26,526 nucleotides of DNA from a virus (Duplodnaviria; Caudoviricetes), in the IMG/VR virus record IMGVR_UViG_3300011115_000618, positions 1 to 26,526 of that record; one strand, written 5' to 3'. Position numbers and translations under genes: made by a program. The notes under the pieces were generated by a model. It searched no databases and was not told the DNA's origin. It saw only the letters and a list, made by a program, of their open reading frames with translations. Below are positions 16,725 through 24,755 of this stretch, in pieces; the first letter of the stretch is position 1, and each line of letters opens with the position of its first letter.

Positions 16725-16958
16725 ATGGCTAAGATTAAATATCGGTGTCAGCCTGCCTATCATGTCGTCACGACAATAGGGGACGTAACCTACACCGCTT
16801 CCAAGCTGGGCCTTACCCAATCGGCTGTTAGCCGATGGATCACGCCCGTCGAGCAAGGCGGGACCGGCGGCGTTATTCCCCAACGACATTGGGACGCAAT
16901 CCTTGAGATGTGCCCAACCTTAGACGTGTACGATCTGTCAGGCCACCCCCGCCCGTAA
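16725..16958 (+). CDS. Cro-like helix-turn-helix regulator
   Basis: Likely start is ATG 16725 after GAGGA; IG.V..TA.KLGLTQSAVSRW.......GG.IP..HW..I HTH pattern. Confidence 0.8.
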   Translation: MAKIKYRCQPAYHVVTTIGDVTYTASKLGLTQSAVSRWITPVEQGGTGGVIPQRHWDAILEMCPTLDVYDLSGHPRP

Positions 16959-16966
16959 GGCACACA

Positions 16967-18877
16967 ATGAATAATTCAGATTTCCTTCGCGCCGTCTATG
17001 GCGCGTTAGAGGACAATTACGGCTGGACGACAAGTTTCGCATCTGATCCCAACAAGTCGGAACCGACTGTCTGGGGCGGCAATGCTTGGACCGGATCGCC
17101 AGGTCAGAAAAACTTGCTCGACAAGCGGGTGAATGACAACAATTTCTTCTGCGTGTCCCTTATGGCGGCGGACAAGCGCCGTCGGTCTAAAGATACGTTT
17201 GTGCGCCTCTGCGTCCTACTGGCAGATGACGCCCAGCCCAATGACCTATACGGCAACCCGTCCTATACAATCGAGACAAGTCCCGGCAACTATCAGGTCG
17301 GCATACTGATTGACCGCGATGATCCGGACGCTTGCGATCAAGGCCTGATTGATTTGGTATTACAGCGCATGGCTGCGGCCAACCTGATCGGCGCGGATGC
17401 GAATGGGAACAACATCGTTCGTTATGGGCGCTTGCCAGTCGGCAGCAACACCAAGCAGCGCGACACAGGCGTCTTTGCCACCAAGGTTCTGCAGGCCGAT
17501 CTGACGGCCTCCTACAGCCTTGCGGATGCTGTGGCCACATTCGGTCTGGACCTTGAAGAAATCCGCTCAGGCGTCCGCGCAGCGCCCTCAGCGGCCAAGG
17601 ATCTAGAGAACACCAAACTAACGGCGGTCGATCTCTATCGCGGTCTTATTACGCCCAATCTAGAAGAGCGGTCCTACCACGATGCCCTGCTGAAACTGTC
17701 GTCCGGCATGATCGCAGCGGGCATGGCACCGGGCGCGGTGGTCAATAACCTTCGCTCCCTCATGCTGGCAGCACGGCCAGAGACCGGCGCGGATCTTGCC
17801 CGCTGGGAAGCACGTTTCGGCCAAGACCTATCTCGCATGGTGGCCTCGGCTCAAAAGTATGCGCCGAGCGAGGAACGCATCGCCGAGATAGCGCCAGGCG
17901 GTTTGTTTATGGGCATGGAGGCTTTGGGCGATCTAACACGCAACGTGCGCTGGGTCGTCAAGGGTCTGGTGCCAGAGGATAGCATGGGCATGATCTTTGG
18001 CGCGTCGGGGACGTACAAGTCTTTTATCGCTATCGATCTTGCGATGCACATGGTCCACGAAATGGACTGGGCCGGCAAGCGCACAAAGAAAGGCGCCATT
18101 GCCTATCTGGCGGCTGAGGGCGGTGCCGGCATCTATCGGCGTCTGGTGGCTTGGCACAATCAGTTTGGCTTGGTGCCTGACGATAGCATCAACATTTGTA
18201 TCACGCCCCTGCTGCTATCAGCGGCTGAAGAGGTCGCGGCCATGAAGGCGGCTATCGCTGCCTTGCCAGAGCGTCCCAAACTGGTTGTGATTGACACCCT
18301 GTCCCAGACCTTCAACGGTGATGAAAATTCGTCCAGTGACATTGGTGATTATCTGCGCCTGATCAACACCGAGATCAGGGCGGCGTTTAACTGCACGGTG
18401 ATTGTCGTTCACCACACAGGCCACAGCGCGGCAGAGCGGCCACGCGGCTCGTCTGCCATCACGGCCAACCTTGATTTTATCCTTGGCGTGTTCCGCCCCG
18501 ATCCGGAGCGCCCTATTGCTCGCGTGTCTGTTCACAAGATGAAGGACGGCGACAAGGTTGATGATCTCTATTTTGAGATGACCCGATCCGTCCTAGGCCA
18601 TGACGAAGACGGCGACGAAATATCATCCCTTGTCGCACGGCATACGGCTGCACCAGAGGCGGCAGAAGGCAGTGGGCGGTTTAGCAAATATGATGCCTTG
18701 TGCGTTAAAGCCTTTGCTGCTGGTGGGTTAGTAAGTGAGCACGACATCAAAAAACTGGCCGACAAAGGCGAAAATCAGTCGGCTGTAACCAAAGGCATAA
18801 AGCGCTCGCTTGAGGGAATGTTTAAGCGCGGGCTTATCAAAGAAATTGGCGCTGGAGTTTGGCAAAGGATAGCATGA
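16967..18877 (+). CDS. Primase (RepB-like/AEP) fused to RecA-type AAA_25 helicase
   Basis: Likely start is ATG 16967. N-terminal VLLADD and PSY.IETSPGNYQ primase motifs; C-terminal GASGTYKSF (Walker A), YLAAEG, LVVIDT, VVHHTG and RPRGSSA motifs. Confidence 0.85.
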   Translation: MNNSDFLRAVYGALEDNYGWTTSFASDPNKSEPTVWGGNAWTGSPGQKNLLDKRVNDNNFFCVSLMAADKRRRSKDTFVRLCVLLADDAQPNDLYGNPSYTIETSPGNYQVGILIDRDDPDACDQGLIDLVLQRMAAANLIGADANGNNIVRYGRLPVGSNTKQRDTGVFATKVLQADLTASYSLADAVATFGLDLEEIRSGVRAAPSAAKDLENTKLTAVDLYRGLITPNLEERSYHDALLKLSSGMIAAGMAPGAVVNNLRSLMLAARPETGADLARWEARFGQDLSRMVASAQKYAPSEERIAEIAPGGLFMGMEALGDLTRNVRWVVKGLVPEDSMGMIFGASGTYKSFIAIDLAMHMVHEMDWAGKRTKKGAIAYLAAEGGAGIYRRLVAWHNQFGLVPDDSINICITPLLLSAAEEVAAMKAAIAALPERPKLVVIDTLSQTFNGDENSSSDIGDYLRLINTEIRAAFNCTVIVVHHTGHSAAERPRGSSAITANLDFILGVFRPDPERPIARVSVHKMKDGDKVDDLYFEMTRSVLGHDEDGDEISSLVARHTAAPEAAEGSGRFSKYDALCVKAFAAGGLVSEHDIKKLADKGENQSAVTKGIKRSLEGMFKRGLIKEIGAGVWQRIA

Positions 18878-20280
18878 TGCGACTAAAGAACATCTTAGAA
18901 GAGGTCGAAAGCAGACAGCTTGACCGGATCGAAAAGAATCAATGGTACGAACGATTCGCCTACATCTCTGTAGACGATAGCTTCTTCGACATGCAGGACA
19001 GGCGAGAAATCCCTCGCGGCACGTTCAACTCCCTGTTTCGACATCTCAACTGCCGCAGCATTCACCATAATAGGCGAATTGAAGCGTCGGTTTGCTATGA
19101 CGAAAACCGCAATGCCATGAACGGGAAGATTCTTGCGGGCATCACCTACGCGCCTGGCGAAAGCGTCTTGGTGGCACGTAACGGCGAGATCTTTGGAAAT
19201 CGCTGGATGAACACGCGTCCTGAGATCCCCGAAAAGACGATTGACCCTCAGCGTTGGATTAATCATTGCGAGACGTTAGTTCCTGATGATTATGAGCGCA
19301 ATCACATCTGGAACATGATGGCGTACAAACTCCAGAACCCCCAACGCAAAATCAATCACGCCTGTCTGCACGGCGGCGTCGAGGGATGCGGTAAGGACAC
19401 CATGTGGGCGCCCTTTATTTGGTCCGTGTGCGGTCCCGATCTACGCAATCGCGGTCTTGCCAGCAATGAAACCCTATCGTCGGCCTGGGGCTATCACCTC
19501 GAAAGTGAGGTGCTGATCATCAACGAATTGAAGGAGCCTGATTCGCGTGAGCGTCGGGCTTTCGCCAACAAGCTAAAGCCTGTGATCGCGACCCCGCCCG
19601 ACATGATCACGGTTCACCGCAAGCGGCTGCATCCCTATGAAATGCTCAATCGTTCATTGGTGGTGGCGTTTTCTAATGAGGCCGTGCCGATCAAACTGGA
19701 AAATCAGGATCGGCGCTGGTTTTGCGTTTGGTCTCACAATGGCCGGATGAGCGAGCACGAATCTAAGGGCATGTGGGACTGGTACGCAACCGGCGGCTAC
19801 GAGGCTGTGGCTAGGTGGCTGTGGAGCCGTGACGTGCAAGCCTTCAACCCCGGCGCTGCACCGCCCATGACCAAGTTCAAGCACGACCTGATTTCGTACA
19901 ACATGACCACGGCGGAGAGTTGGATCTTGAGCCAGGTGCAATTGCGTGTCGGTGCCTTTGAGCGCGGTATTATCGGAACACCCCTGCGCGATACCCTCGC
20001 AATGGTTAACAAAGAAGCGCCGGAGGGAATTAAGATCAGCCACACCATGATGAAACGAGCCTTGCGTGACGGCGGCTGGGTCGATGCCGGCATGGTCGGG
20101 TCTTATGATTATCAGGTCAAAAAGCGGATCTTTGCCATCCCAGAATTGATCGAACGCCACACACGCAGCGATCTACGCCGCCTATGGGAAGGCGGACATA
20201 GGCGAGAGATCATTGCTAAACGGTATGAGCGTTACCGACAAAAAATGAAGGACAAAGAGGCCCAAGAAGATCAGGAATAA
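18874..20280 (+). CDS. SF3-like helicase (DUF5906 / NrS-1-type helicase domain), no primase domain
   Basis: ATG 18874 overlaps the upstream TGA. P..KINHA.L.GG.EGCGKDT (Walker A), IINEL (Walker B), FSN (motif C) and DRRW. Confidence 0.8.
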   Translation: MMRLKNILEEVESRQLDRIEKNQWYERFAYISVDDSFFDMQDRREIPRGTFNSLFRHLNCRSIHHNRRIEASVCYDENRNAMNGKILAGITYAPGESVLVARNGEIFGNRWMNTRPEIPEKTIDPQRWINHCETLVPDDYERNHIWNMMAYKLQNPQRKINHACLHGGVEGCGKDTMWAPFIWSVCGPDLRNRGLASNETLSSAWGYHLESEVLIINELKEPDSRERRAFANKLKPVIATPPDMITVHRKRLHPYEMLNRSLVVAFSNEAVPIKLENQDRRWFCVWSHNGRMSEHESKGMWDWYATGGYEAVARWLWSRDVQAFNPGAAPPMTKFKHDLISYNMTTAESWILSQVQLRVGAFERGIIGTPLRDTLAMVNKEAPEGIKISHTMMKRALRDGGWVDAGMVGSYDYQVKKRIFAIPELIERHTRSDLRRLWEGGHRREIIAKRYERYRQKMKDKEAQEDQE

Positions 20281-20321
20281 AAGAAAACCCCCGCTGGTTA
20301 ATTCCAACGGGGGCATTTTTT
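20281..20321. terminator. Bidirectional rho-independent terminator
   Basis: AAAA-CCCCCGCTGG-TTAATT-CCAACGGGGG-CATTTTTT between convergent genes. Confidence 0.8.
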
Positions 20322-20925
20322 ATGATCCGAATACGTTTTTCGTGGCCCAAACGCCTAAGCGTCGCAAGCCTCTGTTGCTGGCGGCTAGCTTGGCCGCAGA
20401 GAGGGTCGTCAGCCCCATGCGTCGGTGATGCTCGCAATAAGGCGATTCGCCAGATCGTAGTTCGCCGCACATAAGAGCCTCATCGCCTTGGCCGTGCAGG
20501 AAGTCCTCCACAATCCATTTGCAGCCCCGTGGGCGAAGGTTTGCAAGGATGGCGGCATGTTCGCCTGTCGGCTCGGTAGCAACCGGTTTGGGCGGTTCTG
20601 GGGCGGGTGTGGGCTTGGGCATGGGCGCAGCCTTAAACAGGATGACCTTTGCCGGTTTGGGCTGGGGCCGGTAAGTTGCCATCATCTTTGACGCGGCGGT
20701 GCGGCTAAATTGCTGGCCCTGCGCCTTCTTAAACGAAATGACGCTCAGGCTCAACTCAGGCCTTAGACCCTTGTCCCTAAGACGGTTCAACTTGCCAATG
20801 ACAGCGTTGCGGGTCAGGCCATTGCCTAAGGCCTTGGCGATCTGGCTGGCGCTGTCGCCGTGCTTGTACATTTGCAAAATCTTGTCGATGGCGTCCTGTG
20901 TCCATTCAAAATTAGGCGGTTTCAT
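20320..20925 (-). CDS. gcrA: GcrA-like cell-cycle transcriptional regulator
   Basis: N-terminal WT...I......G.SASQIA..LG.G.TRNAVIGK..RL, a Pro/Lys linker, and C-terminal L....CKW......CG......PYCEHH: both conserved GcrA domains are present. Confidence 0.88.
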   Translation of the reverse strand: MKPPNFEWTQDAIDKILQMYKHGDSASQIAKALGNGLTRNAVIGKLNRLRDKGLRPELSLSVISFKKAQGQQFSRTAASKMMATYRPQPKPAKVILFKAAPMPKPTPAPEPPKPVATEPTGEHAAILANLRPRGCKWIVEDFLHGQGDEALMCGELRSGESPYCEHHRRMGLTTLSAAKLAASNRGLRRLGVWATKNVFGS

Positions 20926-21175
20926 TTCTTGGTTTCCTTAATTTGCCTTTGGGCCAACCCTTGTGGCTTTTTCTGGATTTATTGAGGTTTCTGTAATACT
21001 CCGAATCGCCCCGGCGCTTGGCCTCTGCCATTGCCCATTTGGGATAGTCGGGCGATTCGACGGGCGGTGGTTCGGGTTCGTCATGCAAGCCCAGCCAAGC
21101 GCAAGGCTTGCAAAGCCACGTATCAAGAAATTTCATTGTCCCAATAGTGGTTCCGCAATCACTGCATGGGTTCAT
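20912..21175 (-). CDS. Hypothetical protein, CxxC...CxxC with basic KGWPKGK tail
   Basis: 87 aa; AAGGAGG RBS; ATGA coupling with the upstream gene. Confidence 0.65.
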   Translation of the reverse strand: MNPCSDCGTTIGTMKFLDTWLCKPCAWLGLHDEPEPPPVESPDYPKWAMAEAKRRGDSEYYRNLNKSRKSHKGWPKGKLRKPRNETA

Positions 21176-21543
21176 GGGGCCTCCTTAGGCTGTAGGGCGG
21201 CGCGGGCTTCTGCGCGGGCAAGGCTAAGACCGCAGGTGCAGGCGTAGTCTCCCCCACAATTCCCGACGTGCTGCGCCCATCGATCTAACCATGCTTCGGG
21301 ACCTGAAAACGCCTCGCGCATCAAGTCGTTTTTAGCGGTTAAACTGGCGATCTGATCACGTTGCAAATCAACCCCGGTAGCAAGATGGCCAATCGTTTGA
21401 TTGCTGTTGCTGATTATCTTTTGCAGCCGCTCGTTCTCGGTTGACAATTTTATTTTGTCCTCTTCGGACGCAATCAGTTGAGATTGCAGATCACTAGAAA
21501 TTTTGATCCAATTAGCAGCGATCTTATTGTTGACCTTCATCAT
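21172..21543 (-). CDS. Hypothetical coiled-coil protein
   Basis: Likely start is ATG 21543 (ATGA overlap); ends H...C....CTCG....ARAALQPKEAP; shares blocks with 22093-22281. Confidence 0.65.
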   Translation of the reverse strand: MMKVNNKIAANWIKISSDLQSQLIASEEDKIKLSTENERLQKIISNSNQTIGHLATGVDLQRDQIASLTAKNDLMREAFSGPEAWLDRWAQHVGNCGGDYACTCGLSLARAEARAALQPKEAP

Positions 21544-21821
21544 CCCGTTCCCTCGCGAATAAGATTTAACAACCTCAATTGAGCGGCGCCAAAAACGGCA
21601 GCCACCCGACAAATATCGCTGTTGCGACCCCCGCCAAACGTGGCAAACGGCGACCCGTCTTCGGCGCCCTCTGTCAATAAGGCTATGGCTAAAGTGCTCA
21701 CATCCCCGTGCTGGCCTTTTTCAATTTCGTCCGCAAGGTTTTGCAAAAAATACACTGGGTCTCGATACTCGGCAGGCCGGATATCAACCGAATGCAAGTG
21801 CGTAATAGTTTCATCAGTCAT
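21540..21821 (-). CDS. Hypothetical protein
   Basis: Likely start is ATG 21821 after GGAGG; ATGA overlaps at both ends. Confidence 0.65.
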   Translation of the reverse strand: MTDETITHLHSVDIRPAEYRDPVYFLQNLADEIEKGQHGDVSTLAIALLTEGAEDGSPFATFGGGRNSDICRVAAVFGAAQLRLLNLIREGTG

Positions 21822-22096
21822 GGGTGTTCCTCCGTTTGACCAAGCCAATAGGCGCGCACTCGTGCCTTGAATGCTAAAAATTCCTTGTTCATTTTTTGGT
21901 GCTTTTGCCAGCCGTTTTGTGCGTTTTGCAGTTTGATCTGGCGACGCTTTTGGTTTGATAGATGGCACCGGCCCTTATGCTTGGCCTTAGTCATGCTAAA
22001 TTTACGCGCCGCTAGATCCTCACGGGTTGCTCCATCTGGAGTTTTGCGTGGGATTGGGGGAAGGTTTTCCCAATCGATTCGATAACGTGTCATCAT
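21818..22096 (-). CDS. Hypothetical basic protein
   Basis: 92 aa; AAGGAGG RBS; ATGA overlaps at both ends. Confidence 0.6.
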   Translation of the reverse strand: MMTRYRIDWENLPPIPRKTPDGATREDLAARKFSMTKAKHKGRCHLSNQKRRQIKLQNAQNGWQKHQKMNKEFLAFKARVRAYWLGQTEEHP

Positions 22097-22281
22097 TCCT
22101 CCTTGGGCTGTAGGGCGGCGCGGGCCGCGTCGATATTCGCCCGATCATCATCACGAATTTTTCCGTGGTAATTTTCGCAGATGATGTTGAGCATTCCGTC
22201 AAGGTGCCTTCGCAGCCGCTCATTCTCAGCGGTCAGGCTGGCGATCTGGGCCTGAAGCTGTTCGACGGTCTGGAAGGTCAT
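22093..22281 (-). CDS. Hypothetical coiled-coil protein
   Basis: Likely start is ATG 22281 after GGAGG; QIASLTAENERLRR...ARAALQPKEE. Confidence 0.65.
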   Translation of the reverse strand: MTFQTVEQLQAQIASLTAENERLRRHLDGMLNIICENYHGKIRDDDRANIDAARAALQPKEE

Positions 22282-22552
22282 GCCACGTCCTCCGGCAGGG
22301 TGATCTTTTCTAGAGGGCACCAATCAGGGATGATGCCGTCATATTCTGGGTAGGGGGACCCGTTAAGGAGTGACCTGACCGTAAAGCCAAGTTTTCGAAA
22401 TCGCCCATCAAGACCCACCGCTGACGGGTTTTCACAACGGGGTTGATACGCCGACTGGCGGTCAAAGCCGCCAATACGCTTTTTAAAGTGGCAATTTTCA
22501 CAAGTTTCTATGCGGATCATTCGGGTCATGCCACGTCCTCCGGCGGGGTGAT
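22276..22552. repeat. 29-bp direct repeats (22276-22304 and 22524-22552) flanking one gene
   Basis: ggtcatgccacgtcctccggc(a/g)gggtgat, 28/29 identical. Confidence 0.9.
22278..22529 (-). CDS. Hypothetical Cys-rich (zinc-binding-like) protein
   Basis: Likely start is ATG 22529; CENC...C...IPDWCPL motif common in small phage proteins. Confidence 0.7.
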   Translation of the reverse strand: MTRMIRIETCENCHFKKRIGGFDRQSAYQPRCENPSAVGLDGRFRKLGFTVRSLLNGSPYPEYDGIIPDWCPLEKITLPEDVA

Positions 22553-22966
22553 TACGGCGTAGTGGGTTATATTGGACCACAGCGCTGTAACGTCTGAATA
22601 CCGAAGATCAATTTGGCCGCTGATAAATATCACTAAAAGCAGCGTGCTTTTGTCAAACGGGTTTACATCCTGCTGACCACGCTTCACCCAATTCAGCCCC
22701 GACTTGGCCTCTGCTCGCTCCAGTTCGCGGCCTCGCTTGATGGCTTTTAAAAACCACTCACTAGTAATGGGGTGAAATTTTGAATTGCGATAATCCACCG
22801 TCAGATGTTCAGCCTCTGCCAAATCAGGATCAACAGGCTTAAACGGCGTCCAGCCCTCGCGGGCTAGGCGGGCGGAGATAACGCCAACCACTTCGCGTCC
22901 TTTTGTCTCCAACCAAATTCGATAAGCCTCATCAGATCGTGCGCGGTCTAGTTCTTCGTTCGTCAT
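22526..22966 (-). CDS. Hypothetical protein
   Basis: 146 aa; ATGA overlaps; the C-terminal W....ITHY...PP segment resembles DUF551-type endings (weak). Confidence 0.65.
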   Translation of the reverse strand: MTNEELDRARSDEAYRIWLETKGREVVGVISARLAREGWTPFKPVDPDLAEAEHLTVDYRNSKFHPITSEWFLKAIKRGRELERAEAKSGLNWVKRGQQDVNPFDKSTLLLVIFISGQIDLRYSDVTALWSNITHYAVITPPEDVA

Positions 22967-23331
22967 TTCGTTGCTCCCATAAGGATGTTGAGTTTTTCCA
23001 TGCCTTTAGCTGTTAGGTAGTACCCGGCCCCGTACTTATTCGCGATGCAGTCGGCACCTAGCTTGTCGCGAATGCGGGTCATCTGAACGCGCATGGACTC
23101 TTTGCTTGTGCGCGGGCCTAGCGCGAGGGTTATGGCCCTAGGCAGCACGGCATCGCCCTTGGCTGCCCACAAGGCCGCTAGAATCTGCTCCTGCTGGCCT
23201 GTGAGGCCTAAGGACGTTGTTAGCGGGGTAATGGGCGTCTTGGGTATAGCGTCGGCCTTGAGCCTCCGTAGTTGGGCCTGTAGGCGTACGATCTCGTGGT
23301 GATATGCGTAGCATTGGGGGCACTCGGTCAT
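22963..23331 (-). CDS. OmpR/PhoB-type winged-helix protein lacking a receiver domain
   Basis: LT.Q..QIL..L....G..V....I.......S..V.M.RIR.KLG...I....G.GY.L matches Trans_reg_C; the N-terminus is CxxC plus a coiled coil. Confidence 0.78.
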   Translation of the reverse strand: MTECPQCYAYHHEIVRLQAQLRRLKADAIPKTPITPLTTSLGLTGQQEQILAALWAAKGDAVLPRAITLALGPRTSKESMRVQMTRIRDKLGADCIANKYGAGYYLTAKGMEKLNILMGATK

Positions 23332-23471
23332 GCTTTGGGTCTCGGTCTACAGGCCACACAGTCGTATGGCGTTTTGGAAAATGGGGACAGGCGGGCGGTC
23401 GATCCGGCAGGAAGCCATGCCGAACAGCGGCACTGGGCCGACCGCTTGAGGATCACTAGATGGTCGCTCAT
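23328..23471 (-). CDS. Small Cys-rich protein (not in ORF track)
   Basis: 47 aa MSDHLVILKRSAQCRCSAWLPAGSTARLSPFSKTPYDCVACRPRPKA*; exact ATGA overlaps with both neighbours. Confidence 0.65.
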   Translation of the reverse strand: MSDHLVILKRSAQCRCSAWLPAGSTARLSPFSKTPYDCVACRPRPKA

Positions 23472-23695
23472 CCGAACACCAGCCACAGGCCGAACAAGGC
23501 AATGAACCAGAGTGAACCGCCAGCAATTACTGCAATCAGATCGACCAGCCCTGCGGGCAAGCGCCGCTTGGCATAGAAGTGATCGTGGTCAATCAGGTGC
23601 AGTTCGAACTTAGGCTTAGGGCGGTGTCCCATGCGGGCCTCCTCATATGCCGCGATTGCGCGGGCAATCTGGTCTTGGTCTAACTTGTTGATCAT
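23468..23695 (-). CDS. Small membrane protein
   Basis: 75 aa with a C-terminal hydrophobic segment; GAGGAGG RBS. Confidence 0.65.
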   Translation of the reverse strand: MINKLDQDQIARAIAAYEEARMGHRPKPKFELHLIDHDHFYAKRRLPAGLVDLIAVIAGGSLWFIALFGLWLVFG

Positions 23696-23698
23696 GGC

Positions 23699-24013
23699 TC
23701 AGCCCTCCTCATGGGGGTCATAGTCGGGTTCAATGTGGAGGTCTTCGCCCTGCGCGACGATGTCTGCCGCCAAGCGATCAACGACGCCCGGCACAGCAAA
23801 CAGGTTGCGCTCGACTTGCAATCGGGCGTCCTTGTCCAAATTCCGCAGCAGGTCATAGGTCGCATAGATGCCTTGGTCATCTACGGAGTGCATCCACAGG
23901 CAGACCAAGGTCAGGTCAGTGACCTGCTCGTCCTCATAGCGCCAATATTCGCCATCGACCTCGATGGAGAAGCCTTCAAAATCAAGTTCGGTTGTGATGG
24001 TTGCGTGAGTCAT
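23699..24013 (-). CDS. Hypothetical acidic protein
   Basis: Likely start is ATG 24013 after AGGAG; 104 aa, very Asp/Glu-rich. Confidence 0.7.
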   Translation of the reverse strand: MTHATITTELDFEGFSIEVDGEYWRYEDEQVTDLTLVCLWMHSVDDQGIYATYDLLRNLDKDARLQVERNLFAVPGVVDRLAADIVAQGEDLHIEPDYDPHEEG

Positions 24014-24084
24014 AGTTTGCTCCTGTTTGCGTGGTTTGGCTTTATAACTAAAAAGTTGCAAGAGGGTTAATCACGGTTTCGTGA

Positions 24085-24204
24085 TCAGAGGATAAAGGCC
24101 CAAGCTAGCGCGGCCCATATGCCCATAAAGAATCCCGTTGCGACTAAACCAAAGGCCGCGAGGGCAAGCCAAGGGGTCTTAGGTGGGAGTGGCGTGTAGG
24201 TCAT
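24085..24204 (-). CDS. Small single-TM protein (not in ORF track)
   Basis: 39 aa MTYTPLPPKTPWLALAAFGLVATGFFMGIWAALAWAFIL*; AAGGAG RBS. Confidence 0.6.
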   Translation of the reverse strand: MTYTPLPPKTPWLALAAFGLVATGFFMGIWAALAWAFIL

Positions 24205-24207
24205 GGC

Positions 24208-24483
24208 TTATTCTCCTTTAGCTTTGGCGATTGCGGAATTGATAAGGGCTAGGGTTTCATCTTCCTCTCCCTCATGGTTTGAGACTTCCAAGTGATCCCG
24301 TGCGATTTCAAGCGCGTGAAGCAACTCAGGCGCCGCTAGGGCTAGGCGCAGGAATGCGTCATGGTGGCGGCTCTTAAGTACCACCGCCATTGCTTCACCT
24401 TGATAGGTGCCTAGCATAGACGCGCCATTCCATTTGTCGTTTTCGTCATAGTCAGGCCAAGCGTATAGGGCTGTTATGGTCAT
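24208..24483 (-). CDS. Hypothetical early protein
   Basis: Likely start is ATG 24483 after GGAGG; AAPELL.AL...AIAKA.G motif frequent in small phage proteins. Confidence 0.7.
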   Translation of the reverse strand: MTITALYAWPDYDENDKWNGASMLGTYQGEAMAVVLKSRHHDAFLRLALAAPELLHALEIARDHLEVSNHEGEEDETLALINSAIAKAKGE

Positions 24484-24487
24484 GGTC

Positions 24488-24733
24488 TCAGCCCTCCAGC
24501 GTCGATACAAGCCAAACAAACCCGGCCTTAGTCGATCCACCGGCCTTGATCGGTTCCCATTCCAGCTTGGCTTGTAGCGCCTTGGCGGCGGCATAGTGGT
24601 TGTCTTCAATGCCTAGGCTGTAATCCCAGTCGTGAATAAGACGGTGGCCGCTGGCGCTAGTCGCGACGATACGCGAACCGCGATGGTTGGTTGGGGCGAA
24701 ATAGCGTGTTTCGATGGATTGGTGCGTGTTCAT
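24488..24733 (-). CDS. Hypothetical early protein
   Basis: Likely start is ATG 24733 after AAGGA; I.T.Y..PTN.RGSRI.A motif seen in phage early proteins. Confidence 0.7.
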   Translation of the reverse strand: MNTHQSIETRYFAPTNHRGSRIVATSASGHRLIHDWDYSLGIEDNHYAAAKALQAKLEWEPIKAGGSTKAGFVWLVSTLEG

Positions 24734-24755
24734 TTGAGTTGATCCTTGATTGTAA

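Noticed and set aside
22276-22552. CRISPR mini-array or attL/attR from the 29-bp repeats
   Set aside because: Only two copies, 248 bp apart, both coding gene junctions; no integrase nearby.
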